In this document: positions 1 to 13,890 of the stretch, one piece after another
How the letters are laid out: every line of letters begins with the position of its first letter
Position numbering within the stretch: the stretch's first letter is position 1
Assembly: GCA_951406725.2 (NCBI GenBank)
Contig: OX597842.1
Location: 2,790,001 to 2,854,000 of the forward strand
Length of the DNA: 64,000 nucleotides
From: Octopus vulgaris
Lineage: Eukaryota
Direction: 5' to 3'
Program-made: the position numbers and the translations under genes
Notes under the pieces: model-generated
The model's database searches: none
Seen by the model: the letters and a program-made list of their open reading frames with translations, nothing else
Told to the model about the DNA's origin: nothing

Positions 1-38
1 ATCAAAGGGAGAACAAGAGCAACAAAGAGAGAAAGAAT

Positions 39-86
<48 letters not shown>

Positions 87-355
87 CAAAGAGAGAGAAA
101 GAGAAAGAGAGAAGAGAGAGAGAGAGATACAAGAGAGAGATACAAAGAGAGAAAGAGAAAGACAGATGGATAGAGAGGGGGAGGAGAGCAGAAATGGGAG
201 AGAGGAATAGAGAAAGGAGAGAAGAAATCAAAGGGAGAACAAGAGCAACAAAGAGAGAAAGAATGAAAGAAAGAAAGAAAGAGAGAGAGAGAGGAAAGAA
301 AAAGACAGACAGAGACACGGAGCGAGACAGACAGACAGACAGAGAGAAAGAGACG
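1..355. repeat. GA-rich polypurine low-complexity tract with internal ~65 bp duplication (1 and 227)
   Basis: (GA)n/(GAAA)n/(GACA)n runs; atcaaagggagaacaagagcaacaaagagag occurs at 1 and 227. Confidence 0.9.
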
Positions 356-869
356 ATGGAGTGGGGGGGAGATGTAAAAAATGAGGTGAATTATATGGAA
401 AGAAAGAAAATGTCTTCACATTAATCAAAGACACTGCCTAGCAGAAGTCATTCCTAAATAACATTCGCTTCCAATAAGCCAGTTCATTCCTCAGACGTCC
501 CTTTGACGGCGGCAATTATTTAAACATTATCTGGGACACACACACACACACACACACCTTTATTTATTCATTTATTTATTTATTTATATAATTATTTATT
601 TATTTGCTATTTGGTTGGTTTGTGGTTCTTTTCTTGCGGGTGGAGATGGGTTCCTGTTTTTTTACTTTTTTTCTGGTTTTGCATTTTTGGCGTGGGTGTT
701 GGGGTTGGCCAACGCTAAGACAGATGGACGGGACGATGGGGCCTTGGTCTTGCTAAACTAATCATGGGAGAAAAAAAATGGGGTTTGACACAATTTAGGG
801 GCCACAATTCAGCTGGTGTTTTGTAAAGTGTGGTGTGACATGATGGTAATGTGTGGTAGCGGTGGGGTG

Positions 870-1087
870 TGGTATTGTATGTGTGTGTATGTTGTTGTGC
901 ATGCGTATGAGAGTGTGTATGTATATGTTGTTCATATGTGTATGTATGTATGTGTGTACATGTGTATGTGTGTGTACATGTGTATGTGTGTGTGTATGTA
1001 TGTACATGTCTGTATATTATGTGTATTGTTGTGTGTGTGGATGTATGTGTACGTGGGTGTTATATGTGCATGTGTATGTACATGTAG

Positions 1088-1130
<43 letters not shown>
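870..1130. repeat. (TG)n/(TATG)n compound microsatellite
   Basis: direct inspection. Confidence 0.9.
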
Positions 1131-1131
<1 letters not shown>

Positions 1132-1594
1132 CAGCCAAGAAGGCCAACTGTCACCATTTTTTTGGTTTCCCTTGCTAAGGTCACATTTCCATTATACATA
1201 TATTATACATACCTACATATGCTAATGAGTCTCCATGTATTTGCATGTACATGTGTGTGATGGACGTGCATACATGTATATATGTGTGTGTGTATATATA
1301 TATATATATATACATACATACATATATACTTGTGTGATTGTGTTTGAGTGTGTCCATGTGTGTAGAATTGTATATAAATATATACTTAGATATATCTGTC
1401 TGTCTGTCACTGTCTATTCAATCTGTTTAATCAGCCAGTAGCTACACGATCATTCTGTCTGTTTGTCTCTATCTATCAGTCTGTCTATCTGTCTGTCTGT
1501 CAGTATGTCTGTCTGTCAGTATGTCTGTCTGTCTACCAGTCTGTCTATCTGTCTACTTAAAAATCATATCTATATGTGTGTGTATATATGTATA

Positions 1595-1985
1595 TACTCT
1601 TATACTCTTTTACCTGCTTCAGTCATTTGACTGTGGCCATGCTGGAGCACCGACTTTAGTCGAGCAAATCGACTCCAGGACTTATTCTTTAGAAGTCTAG
1701 TACTTATTCAATCAGTCTCTTTTGCCGAACTGCTAAGTTACAGGGACGTAAACACACTAGTATCGGTTGTCAAGTGATGTTGGGGGGGGGGGACAAACAC
1801 AGACACATAAACACACACTCATATATATATATATATATACACGATGGGCTTCTTTCAGTTTCTGTCTACCAAATCCACTCACAAGGCTTTGGTCTGCTCG
1901 AGGCTTTAGTAGAAGACACTTGCCCAAGGTGCCACACAGTGGGACTGAACCCAAAACCATGTAGTTGGTAAGCAAGCTACTTACA
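1595..1985 (-). mobile_element. SINE family A (tRNA-headed, CORE-like ccttgggcaagt, internal TA/TG microsatellite, gtaaaagag tail)
   Basis: reverse complement of the consensus seen at 18931-19341. Confidence 0.9.
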
Positions 1986-2009
1986 ATATATATATATATA
2001 TATATATAT

Positions 2010-2165
2010 AACGGGAAGCTTTATGAAAATAGACAAAAGACGAAGGCAGGTGGAGTACAAACAAACAATTGTATTAGTATGGCGCTCAGGAATATAAATA
2101 AAACAAGTCTTTAACGTTTCGAGCCTACGCTCTTCAACAGAAAGATACACAGAAAAGAAATAAAC
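2010..2165 (-). mobile_element. short Penelope-like (pLTR-type) repeat carrying a hammerhead-like motif
   Basis: shares gcgctcaggaa/gacgctcaggaa block and HHR layout with 39030-39245. Confidence 0.55.
2108..2145 (-). ncRNA. minimal type-I hammerhead-like motif, variant core CUGUUGA
   Basis: minus strand reads TCTTT CTGTTGA A GAGC GTAG GCTC GAAAC GTT AAAGA: helix I 5 bp, helix II 4 bp, ACGU palindromic helix III, GUU triplet. Confidence 0.6.
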
Positions 2166-2454
2166 ACATATAGATGTATAAATACATACATGCACTCGTA
2201 TACTCGCATACATATATGTGTAACTACTCACACAAGTGGGTGCAAACATATTCATCTTAGCAAATATATACACAGCAAAAATATACACTACATAAATGAG
2301 TGCCAATACATAGCCACAGACACACACGTGCACATAATTGTCTGTGTATGTATATGTGTGTATATGTGCTGTGTGTATGTGTGTCTGAGTGATGTAAACA
2401 CTTCTGCATCCATATACATTTTGTACAATACATACAGGTGCCCATACATTTATC

Positions 2455-2970
2455 AGAGGTGATGAAAGTTACAGAGAGGGCCATAGCCCAATTAGGGAGA
2501 GAGTTAGTCAAGATGAGGTGCAGTTTAGGTTCGTGCCAGGGAGAAGCAACACTGATGCTATATTTCTGGGAAGGCAGCTGCAGGAGAAAAAACATAACCA
2601 AAGTTAAAACTCTGTACTAGGCCTTTGTTGACTTGGAGAAAGGTTTGACAGGGTCCCTCGATCCCTTATCTAGTGGTTAATGCGGAAACTAGGGATAGAT
2701 AAGCGGTTGATGAGAGCTGTACAAGCCATGTACAGGTATGCTACCAGTAAGGTGAGGGTTGACAAAGAGTATAGTGAAGAATTCCAAGTAGAAATAGGGG
2801 TTCATCCCTCTCTTGTCCATCATAGTTCTCCAGGCAATAACAGAGGAATTTAAGACAAGCTGCCCCTGGGAGTTCCTCTATGGTGATGGCCTTGTTCTTA
2901 AGGCTGAATCACTACCAGAACCAGGAAAGAAGTTTATGGTATGGAAGCAAGGTCTAGAATCAAAAGGTCT
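2455..2970 (+). mobile_element. decayed RTE-clade LINE reverse transcriptase fragment
   Basis: frameshifted translation QFRFVPGRSNTDAIF..QLQEK..AFVDLEK.FDRVPR..GVH..CPWEFLYGDGLVL (degenerate YADD). Confidence 0.85.
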
Positions 2971-2974
2971 TACA

Positions 2975-3220
2975 CTTATTTTTGGCACATATGTCCGTGT
3001 GTCCATTTAGTAGGATCTGTTTAGTACTGACTGTTGGTGTGGAAATTGTGGAAGGTAATTTAGCGCCAGTGAAGAATTTTTTGAGTAACTTTGTCTTTTT
3101 AATTATTTTGCTTGTTTCATTCTTGGGTCTTGTCTTAGTAGTGGGATGTTCTGGTGGATAATTTTGTAAACCTTTGAGTTTCTTGGGTTGCGTGTTATAA
3201 TAAAGGGTAGAATATTGGAT
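2975..3220 (-). mobile_element. probable Penelope-like ORF remnant (RT to GIY-YIG linker)
   Basis: translation KIIKKTKLLKKFFTGAKL...CAKNKCK resembles the PLE linker preceding the Cys motif; judged by eye. Confidence 0.4.
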
Positions 3221-3574
3221 AACAGAAAACAGTTTCCCCAAGATGTCACAGAGTGGGACTGAACCAAGAACCATGTGGTTGGAAAACAACCTTCTTACTG
3301 CACAGGTGTGGCTGTGGGGCATTTATTATTCTTCAACAAAGCAGTGCTCCAGCATGGCCACAGTCAAATGACTGAAACAAATAAAAAAATAAAGAATATT
3401 ATTGACAGTGACCACAAATTTTGAGCCAGTTAAACCATTGTTGGATTGATTGATAACTTCGAAGTCCCTGTCAACGACATTCTTGTTTAATAAATTTGTG
3501 CTCTACAAAAGTATAGAGTAACCCATTAGATTAATGTAAAATCGTTTTCCTTACAACTGAATATAAAAGCAAAC

Positions 3575-3598
3575 ATATATATATACATATATGTATAC

Positions 3599-3635
<37 letters not shown>

Positions 3636-3673
3636 TATATACATTTATATATATATACATATATATATATACT

Positions 3674-3713
<40 letters not shown>

Positions 3714-3913
3714 CATATATATATATTTATATATACACACATATATACATATATATATACATATATATATGTACTTATATATATACATACATATATATAT
3801 ATATACATATATAGATATACACATATACACACACACACACACACATATATATACATATATACACTTATATATATATATACATTTATATATATATACATAT
3901 ATATATATATACT

Positions 3914-3944
<31 letters not shown>

Positions 3945-3966
3945 ACATATATACATATACACATAT

Positions 3967-3998
<32 letters not shown>

Positions 3999-4022
3999 GT
4001 ACATACACATGCACACATACAC
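3575..4022. repeat. (TA)n/(CATA)n microsatellite field
   Basis: direct inspection. Confidence 0.95.
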
Positions 4023-4784
4023 AGGAATAAAAAATATGATGGAATCAAATATGGAGCTAAATTCACATTTCATTTCGAGATCCTTCAATCCATTTATAAT
4101 ATAATTCCTCAAAAAAGAGAAAAAGGAAAAAAAAAATCTTCCTAAATTATTCCTGTAATGTAAAAATGAACAGAACCATAACGTTTTTCTGTCACTAAAC
4201 AAACGTTCAGAATAGTTTGAGATTTACTGACAAGCATGTTGTATTTTGTTTATAAATTTTTCGTTTTCTGAATATTTTTCTAAATATTTTTGAAATTAAC
4301 CATAAAGGAGAAAAAAAAAAAGAAAAGCATATAAGTATATGTAATAATAAAAATTCCCTTTTTTTAATAGAACCAACAAAAGTCAGTGGAAAACAGCAAC
4401 AACAAGAAATATATATTGCTGTACCATTACTGGAGATGAAACGAAATAAAACAAAATAAAGCAAGCGAAACAGGTGTAAGGGGGGAAGGATATGAAAATA
4501 TTATATCTCAGTGAACAGTTTTTCTTTAATGATCTCAAATCGATTGGGATAATTAAACTGTTTTTTTAAAGTCTTTTACGAATTTCAATTGAGATAAATG
4601 CTGGTGCATATATGAGACCTGTGGATGCATGTTTATGAATGTATGTATGCAAGAGAAATAGATAGATAAATAGATAAATGGACACAGATATACAAACATA
4701 TATATAGCAAATTTTAAGTGGAATATGTTTATTTCGCAATATATATATAGACAGATAGTTATATAGATAGTTAGGTATATATAT

Positions 4785-5085
4785 AGTGCATGGCTCAGTG
4801 GTTAGAGCATCGAGCCAACGATCATGAGGTTGTGAGTATGATTCCTGGACTGGGCTGTGTGTTGTGTTCTTGAGCAAGACTCTTTATTTCACATTGCTCC
4901 AGTTCACTCAGCTGTAGAAATGAGTTGTGACGTCACAGGTGCCAAGCTGTATCGGCCCCTTTGCCTTTCCCTTGGATAACATCGGTGGTGTGGAGATAGG
5001 GGTGGCTGGTATGTATGGGTGACTGCTGGTCTTCCATAAACAACCTTGTACCTGGGAGGGTAACTTTCTAGGTGCAATCCCATAT
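4785..5085 (+). mobile_element. SINE family D (tRNA head, V-domain-like block)
   Basis: tggctcagtggttagag A-box; ttcttgagcaagactctttatttcacattgctccagttcactcagctg; related copies at 6125-6410(-), 28700-28805(+), 54795-54990(+). Confidence 0.7.
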
Positions 5086-5089
5086 ATAA

Positions 5090-5278
5090 TCATCATCATC
5101 ATCTGCTTTCCATGCTGGCATCATCATCTTTCCATGATGCTGGCATGGGTTAGACGGTTTGACTGAGAACTAGCAAGCTGGGAGTCTGCACCAGGCTCCA
5201 ATCTGATTTTCAAGGTTTCTACTGCTGGATGCCCTTCCTAGCGCCAACCACTCCGAGTATGTAGTGGATGCTTTTATA
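5090..5278 (-). mobile_element. repeat family E with (ATG)n tail (SINE or LINE 3' end)
   Basis: ttccatgctggcatgggttggacgg...ctggatgcccttcctaacgccaaccactc block recurs about 10 times in the window. Confidence 0.75.
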
Positions 5279-5304
5279 TATTTATACATGTTTTTTATAT
5301 TTTA

Positions 5305-5797
<493 letters not shown>

Positions 5798-6080
5798 TGG
5801 AGGCACATAGCCTAGTGGTTAGAGCAGCGGACTCGTGGTCGAGGAATTGCGGGTTCGAATGTGTTTATAAGCGAAACACCTAAGCTCCATGCAGCTCCAG
5901 CAGAAGGTAATGGTGAACTTCTGCTGACTTTTTTGCCACAACTTTCTCTCACTCTTTCTTCCTGCATCTTGCAGCTCACCTGTGACAGACCAGTGTCCCA
6001 TCCAGGTGGGGAACCTACACGCCAAGGGAACTGGGAAACTGGCTCTTATGAGCCAGGCATGGCTTGAGAAGGAACAAACA
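5798..6080 (+). mobile_element. SINE family C (tRNA-derived head)
   Basis: tagcctagtggttagagcagcggactc A-box and gggttcgaat B-box; homologous to 34176-34480 and 58404-58650. Confidence 0.8.
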
Positions 6081-6124
6081 ATATATATATGTGTGTGTGT
6101 GTATAAAAGAATAAAAGGGTAAAG

Positions 6125-6410
6125 ACGTCGTTTGGCCACACAAGTCCAGGTATGGTTGCTTATGGAAGATCAGCAGTTGCCCCTGCATACCAGCCTCTCC
6201 TCTCCATGCCACCAATGTTATCCAAGGGAAAGGCAAAGGCTGATACAGCTTGGCACCAGTGACACTGGAACTCATCTCTACAGATGAATCAACTGGGGTG
6301 ATGTGAAATAAAATGTCTTGCTCAAGAACACAACACACAGCCCGGTCCAGGAACTGAACTTACTATGTCATGATTGTTAACCTAATGCTCAAACCACTAA
6401 GCCATGCATA
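6125..6410 (-). mobile_element. SINE family D
   Basis: reverse-complement similarity to 4785-5085. Confidence 0.7.
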
Positions 6411-6411
6411 T

Positions 6412-6824
6412 ACTCTTTACTCTTTTTCTCTTTTACTTGTTTCAGTCATTTGATTGTGGCCATGCTGGAGCACCGCCTTTAATCGAGCAACTCGACCCCG
6501 GGACTTATTCTTTTTGTAAGCCTAGTACTTATTCTATCGGTCTCTTTTGCCGAACCGCTAAGTAACGGGGACATAAACACACCTGCATCGGTTGTCAAGC
6601 AATGCTAGGGGACAAACAAGACACACAAACACACACACGCATATATACATATACATATATACGACGGGCTTCTTTCAGTTTCCATCTACCAAATCCACTC
6701 ACAAGGCATTGGTCGGCCCGAGGCTATAGTAGAAGACACTTGCCCAAGGTGCCACACAGTGGGACTGAACCCGGAACCATGTGGTTGGTAGACAAGCTAC
6801 TTACCACACAGCCACTCCTGCGCC

Positions 6825-6827
<3 letters not shown>
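6412..6827 (-). mobile_element. SINE family A, full-length young copy
   Basis: near-identical to reverse complement of 16603-17020. Confidence 0.95.
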
Positions 6828-6878
<51 letters not shown>

Positions 6879-7489
6879 CATGTGTATATACATGTACATG
6901 CTTCTGGTGTTTAAGCATGTAGCATCACATGATAGTTGTCTGAGTATCATTCAAACCATGCTGTCCATTTCCAGTCATCTATGAAAGCATGTCTGGGTAT
7001 AGGAAAGTATAACCTCCTCTGAAACACGTGAAGGTTGATGACAGTAAAGGCATCCAGCCTGAGAATGTCTGCCTCAGCAAATTCCACCAGACCCCATACA
7101 AGCATGGAGAAATGGTTATTGATTGATGAAGACATTATGTGCCGTCTTTTACATATTTCAGTCATTGGACTGTAGCCATGCTGGATGACAAATACCAAAA
7201 AGCATTGAAATTTTGTCAGTGCACTGGAAAATGGCATTACTGTATCCTGTGATTTCACCATACTGCAGATCATCAGTGGTAGGTAGCCAAGCTGATTGCC
7301 AGACAGAGTATCAATCAAACTGATACAGTATACTACCGGTGAAATAGCCAGTGGTGTAATGGAAAACTGGTGGGCCATGTATAAATTAGCTATTAGCAAC
7401 AGAAGCTAATTTTGTAATAAATATTAATTAAACCGGTGTACTGGCAGAATTTCATTAACCGATATTCTTTTATTCTTTTAATTGTTTCC

Positions 7490-7587
7490 CTGAACCGCTA
7501 AGTTACGGGGACATAAACACACCAGCATCGGTTGTCAAGCGATGTTGGGACATGGACACAGGCACACACATACACACACACACACAC

Positions 7588-7638
<51 letters not shown>

Positions 7639-7765
7639 CGGCAGGCTTCTTTCAGTTTCCATCTACCAAACTGTGGTCAGCCCGAGGCTATACAAGAAGA
7701 CACTTGCCCAAGGTGCCACACAGTGGGACTGAACCTGGAACTATGTGGTTGGTAAACAAGCTCTT
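7490..7765 (-). mobile_element. SINE family A, partial
   Basis: similarity to consensus. Confidence 0.85.
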
Positions 7766-7914
7766 AGAATTTAGATGCTGTTTAGTATTTGGTATCTTGA
7801 ATGATTTTTCAACATGTTTGCAGTAGTCTATGGTCTTATGAACATCACATCCAATTTGGGGTGGGTGTGTTAATTAACATTAATTACAAAAGGTGTTTCT
7901 AGCGCTAATCTCTA

Positions 7915-8120
7915 GGAATATCATTATAAGAGGACAGTCAAAATGAGAAAATTCTAGAATGAAGCAGAGTCAATGATGTGATCACAGAATCCCAAAAACA
8001 TAGCTTCTGCAGGGCCGGACATTTCACAAGGTTCACAGACAACACATAGATCCATGCAGTGGCCAAGGGGTATCCAAGAGACTGGGAAAGGCCACTTGCA
8101 GGGCTTCCATGTTGATGGGA
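7915..8120 (+). mobile_element. decayed RTE LINE C-terminal fragment
   Basis: translation GISL*EDSQNEKIL..DVIT..RAGHFTRFTDN..AVAKGYPRDWERPLAGLP..W matches the RTE WAGHVAR..W.PR..KRPRGRP..RW motif. Confidence 0.7.
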
Positions 8121-8251
8121 AAATAATTTAGTTAAGTATTATCGAGATGGAGAAGAATTGCATAATCAAGACAGAATTGGAAGTGCATTGTGACCAGCAG
8201 TGTATAACAGCATCTGATGATCTGATCGATACTGTGATATATATGTGTGTA

Positions 8252-8317
<66 letters not shown>

Positions 8318-8318
<1 letters not shown>

Positions 8319-8532
8319 TCTTTATTTACTCTTTTTACAAGTTTCAGTCATTTGACTGTGGCCATGCTGGAGCACCGCCTTTATTCAAGCAAATCGACAC
8401 CAGAACTTATTCTTTGTAAGCCTAGTACTTATTCTATCAGTCTCTTTTGCCAAACCACTAAGTTATGGGGACATAAATACACCAGCATTGGTTAAGCGAT
8501 GTTGGGAGGGCAAAACAGACACACAAACATAT

Positions 8533-8619
<87 letters not shown>

Positions 8620-8785
8620 TACGATGGGCTTCTTTCAGTTTCCGTCTACCAAACCCACTCACAAGGCTTTGGTTGGCCCGAGGCTATAGTAGAAGACACT
8701 TGCCCAAGGTACCACGCAGTGGGACTGAACTAGGAACCATGTGGCTGGTAAGCAAGCTACTTACCACAAAGCCACTCCTACGGAG
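8318..8785 (-). mobile_element. SINE family A, full-length
   Basis: similarity to consensus. Confidence 0.92.
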
Positions 8786-8898
8786 GCAGAATTTTGGATT
8801 ATTCTTTATTAGTGCTTTCATTTGTTTATCGAACTCATCAAAACAAAATCAAAATTATAAAAACAGAACATTTCCTTATTCATTTATATGAATTGGAA

Positions 8899-8941
<43 letters not shown>

Positions 8942-8944
8942 ATC

Positions 8945-9240
8945 ACCATCATCATTTAACGTCCACTTTCTATGCTGGCATGGGTTGGACAGTTCGAAAA
9001 GAGCTGGCTTTCTGTGGAGCTGCCCAGGTTCCAGTTATCTGTTTTGGCTAGGTTTCTATGGCTGGATGCCCTTCATAATACCAACCACTTCACAGGATGT
9101 ATTGAGTACTTTTTGCATGGCACTGGCTGTGGGACCTTTATGTGACACCAACACAGACAGAAGCATAAGTACTATTATGTGGCACTGGCATGGGTGGATT
9201 TACATAACACCAACATAAGAGCTTTTTACATGACACTAGC
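8945..9240 (-). mobile_element. repeat family E, diverged
   Basis: atttaacgtccactttctatgctggcatgggttggac block. Confidence 0.7.
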
Positions 9241-9254
9241 AATCGTAATAAATC

Positions 9255-9648
9255 AGGAGTGACTGTTTGGTAAGAAGCTCATTTCCCAACCACACGGTTC
9301 TGGGTTCAGTCCCACTGCGTGGCACCTTGGGCAAGTGCCTTCTACCATAGTCTCAAACCAAACAAAGCCTTGTAAGTGGGTTTGGTAGATGGAAACTGAA
9401 AGGAGCCCATTGTATACATATATATGTATATGTGTGTATGTGCTTGTGTGTCTGTGTTTGTCCCCCAACCATCACATGACAATCAATGTTGGTATGTTTA
9501 CATCCCTATAACTTAGCTGTTCAGCAAAAGAGACTGATAGAATAAGTACTAGGCTTACGAATAAGTCCTGGGGTCAATTTGTTTGACTAAAGGTGGTGCT
9601 CCAGCATGGTCACACACAAATCACTGAAACAAGTAAAAGAGTAAAAGA
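9255..9648 (+). mobile_element. SINE family A
   Basis: similarity to consensus. Confidence 0.9.
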
Positions 9649-9692
9649 ATATACATATATATATATATATACACTCTTTATATATATACACT

Positions 9693-9723
<31 letters not shown>

Positions 9724-9800
9724 GATTACTAAATACATATATGTATGCGTGTGTATATGCTGAAGATGCATATATGTACATATGTGTGTGTGCATATATA

Positions 9801-9834
<34 letters not shown>

Positions 9835-9993
9835 AATATACAGATATGTACATATATAAATATATGTGCGTGTGCATGTGTGCATATATATATGTGTGTG
9901 TGTATATATACATATACATGGTATAAGATATATTCAAATTTTTATTCAAGTTTTGAAAATTCTCTGTAAAGGACATCCATACACATATAAGGA

Positions 9994-10039
<46 letters not shown>

Positions 10040-10364
10040 AAATTACCTTTGAATTTTCTTCTTCGGTGTATATTTTGGGGAAAATGCAAGGTAGAAATTA
10101 TCTGTTGCCAAATTCCAAATTATTCCAAAATATTTTTGGATATATTTTTTGGGTTTTTAACCATTTGGTGATAAATATATTTTTGCCAAAACAGTACGAT
10201 TTTATATTTGGTGGGAAATATTTAAATATATTTTTTTATTAACTTTTTACCAGATATTTTAAAAACTTATTTGTTTTTCGCTTGTAGAAAATATTAAAAA
10301 CATATTAAGGGTATTTTAGATTGATGTGAAATTTAAATAAAATAAATATAAAAAAGACAAGAGT

Positions 10365-10377
10365 AATAATAACAATG

Positions 10378-10438
<61 letters not shown>

Positions 10439-10749
10439 CAACAGAAATAATAAGGAGAAGAAGAAGGAGATATTGTTAATAATAATAATAATAATAATAG
10501 TAATAATAATAATGATTATAATAATATATATATATAAATGTGTCTATGTGTATGTGTATGCACACACAGTACACACATACATACACACATATATATATAT
10601 ATTTATATATACATAAATACATATATATATATTTATATATACATAAATACATATATATACTTATATATACACACATATATATATATATTTATATATACAT
10701 AAATACATATATATATATATTTATATATACATAAATACATATATATATT

Positions 10750-10790
<41 letters not shown>

Positions 10791-10815
10791 ATGTATATAT
10801 ATATATATGCACAAG
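10365..10815. repeat. (AAT)n and (TA)n/(CATA)n microsatellite field
   Basis: direct inspection. Confidence 0.92.
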
Positions 10816-10961
10816 CGAGAATCACATCAATACGTTTTTAAAATTGCATAATATTTGTGAATATTTTCAGAAATATTAATATTGATAAATATTGTTTGCA
10901 TATGTATGTATCATATAGACATATGTGCACATATGTCTATAAGACACATACATATGCAAAC

Positions 10962-11022
<61 letters not shown>

Positions 11023-11260
11023 AATGTGCAAGCATATAAATACAAATACATACAGATATATATATATATATATGTGTAGAGTACGTGTGTGTGCATGTAT
11101 ACAGACATGTATATATACATATACATTTACAGAGATTTAGTTGTTTTGCAATAACAGCATCCAATTTTAATAGATAGGAGTGTGTATATGCAAATCAAAT
11201 GATGTCTACATGTATGTCTCTCTCATTCTATATATATATATATACATATATATATGTCTG

Positions 11261-11304
<44 letters not shown>

Positions 11305-11499
11305 TACATGTGTATGTAAGTATATATTTCTCTCACTCTCTTTAAATATAGAAATATATGTTTGTGTGTGTATATATGTAAGTATGTGCAAACATGTATG
11401 CATATATGTGTGTGTGTGTGTGTATATATATAATGTGCATGTGTGTGTGTATATATATATACACACATATGTATGGAAGTATATATTTCTCTCTCTCTC

Positions 11500-11539
<40 letters not shown>

Positions 11540-12029
11540 CACACATATAGAAATATGTGCACTTGTGTGTATATATATATATGTCTATATATATATGTAT
11601 GTATGTTTATTTAAATGGATAATGAACATGGATGTATTCCACACATGCTTGCAATGAATCGACACCACCGCACCGCCATCTACAAGCAACAACATGCAGC
11701 ACAACTAAATGCCGTCTGATGGACATTTTTATACACACATATACATAGAGATATGGACATTTGCAGGGAACACAAACTATTTTTATGACAAGTGTTATAG
11801 GAAATCGATCATGGAATTGTTAAAATGGAGAATCAAATGTTTGTATGTCTAGATTTGTGTGTGTGTGTGTATGTGTGTGTGCGTGCTTGAAATTGATATA
11901 TGGCTAATCTAATATGAATTATACCCGTATGTAAGTTATTTTCTGGCATTTCACATTTATGTACACTCATGAACAAATATATATCTCTCTCTCTATATAT
12001 AGATAGATGTATGTATATATATATATATA

Positions 12030-12081
12030 TATATATACAACAAAATAATAAATAAAACATATGCATATATACATACATATA

Positions 12082-12122
<41 letters not shown>

Positions 12123-12900
12123 TAATAAATAAATAAAACATATGCATATATACATACATATATGTACGTACCTACCTCTACCTGTATATATACATGCATA
12201 TATGGGTACAGGACACCAAAAAACGTTGAACTCAATGAGAAACGAAAACAAACACAAAACCAAGGAAATTAACATTTTTCTTAAACAATATATATATATA
12301 CAACAAAATAATAAATAAAACATATGCATACATATATGTATGTACCTACATCTATATGTATATACACATGCATATATGGGTACAGGACACCAAAAAAAAC
12401 GTCAAACACAATAAGGAACGAAAACATAAACACAAAACCAAGGAAATGGACATTTTTCTTAAACAACGAAAAAATAGAGAGTACAAGACATACAACACAA
12501 ATGAATATTCCCCTTCTTCAGCTGCCTCTGTTTCATCTACTCCGTGTTTCGAAGGTAAAGGCGAGACACGACTTCATGAAACAGTCCTTCCCGCAAAAGC
12601 AAATTAAATAAAATTTGAGATTTTTTTGTGGAGGGGTAAAAATGGTAACAAAACCAGGACAGTAAAAACAATACAAAATATAAACTGTAAAAGACAGGAC
12701 AAGGAGAATAACAGTAACACGAACATTGAGGGCTGTTAAGCCAGAACGAATGAGAAAATATTTTGAACGCTTTGAAGACAGCGAGAGAGACAAGGAAAGC
12801 CGTCCACACTTGAAGGAAGCCAGGTCAGAAAGACAGTAGTAGCTTTCTCGTCGCTTGTCCGTGATGGGAGGGAGGAGGCGGAGTATGAGAAAGAGAGATA
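12030..12900. mobile_element. unclassified interspersed repeat with tandemly re-iterated end
   Basis: tgggtacaggacaccaaaaaa block at 12202 and 12377; aataaataaaacatatgcata three times. Confidence 0.5.
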
Positions 12901-12935
12901 TATACATATATATATATATTTATAGATATATAGAC

Positions 12936-12967
<32 letters not shown>

Positions 12968-13229
12968 TACTGGGTCAATTTGTTCAACAAAGCCCTCGAA
13001 GGTGATACCCAAGCATTGACCACACAGTCTGATGTCTGAAACATGGAAAAGTAAGCAGATAACAGGTGTGGCTGTGTGCTAAGAAACTTGCTTCTCAACC
13101 ATATGGTTCTGGGTTCAGTCTCACTGCATGGCACCTAGGGCAAGTGTCTTCTACTACAACGTCACACTTACCAAACCCTTGTGGATGGATTTGGTAGACA
13201 GAATCTGAAAGAAGCGCTGAAACTGAAAC

Positions 13230-13440
13230 AAGGCAGCGAGCTGGCAGAAACTTTAGCATGCGGCGTGGAATGCTTAGCGGTATTTCGTCTGCTGCTACAT
13301 CCTGAGTTCAAATTCCGCTGAGGTTGACTTTGCCTTTCATCCATTCGGGGTCGATTAAATAAGTACTAGTTACACACTGGGGTTGATATAATCAACTTAA
13401 TCTGTTTGTCTGTCCTTGTTTGTGGGCAGTAAAGAAATAA
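13230..13440 (+). mobile_element. SINE family B (tRNA head, Meta-domain-like block)
   Basis: gagctggcagaa A-box, gagttcaaattc B-box, gactttgcctttcatccattcggggtcgattaaataagtac. Confidence 0.8.
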
Positions 13441-13494
13441 GAAACTGAAAGAAGCCCATCATGTGTGTGTGTGTGTGTGGATTTATAAAAGGGT

Positions 13495-13890
13495 AAAGGG
13501 TAAAGACTCCCTTCGGTCATGAATGACCATGGGATTGTTGCACCTAGAATGTTACCCCCCGAGGCACAAGTGCCTCTGTTGTTGACACATAAAAGGTGCC
13601 TGTGCTAATGACACATAAAAGGCATCTGTGCTGGTGACACATGAAAGGTACCCATGCCGGTGACATGTGAAAGGCACCTCACGCAGGTGACACATGGAGG
13701 GCACCCGTAATGGTAACACATAAAAGGAATTCCCTATACTTTGTGGTGTGGCTGGCTTTAGGAAGGGCATCCGGTCATAAGAAACCAATCAAAAACAGAC
13801 AAAGGAGCCTGGTGCAGCTCTCTGGTTTACTAGCTCCAATCAAACCATCCAACCCATGACAGCACGGAAAATGGAACCTAAATGATGATG
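13495..13890 (+). mobile_element. repeat family E with internal ~24 bp tandem units
   Basis: repeated gtgacacataaaaggcac-like units 13585-13730, ending in (ATG)n tail. Confidence 0.7.

Noticed and set aside
12505-12556. Minus-strand GAAAC...CTGAAGA boxes as a permuted hammerhead
   Set aside because: Helix I could not be formed and helix II is ambiguous
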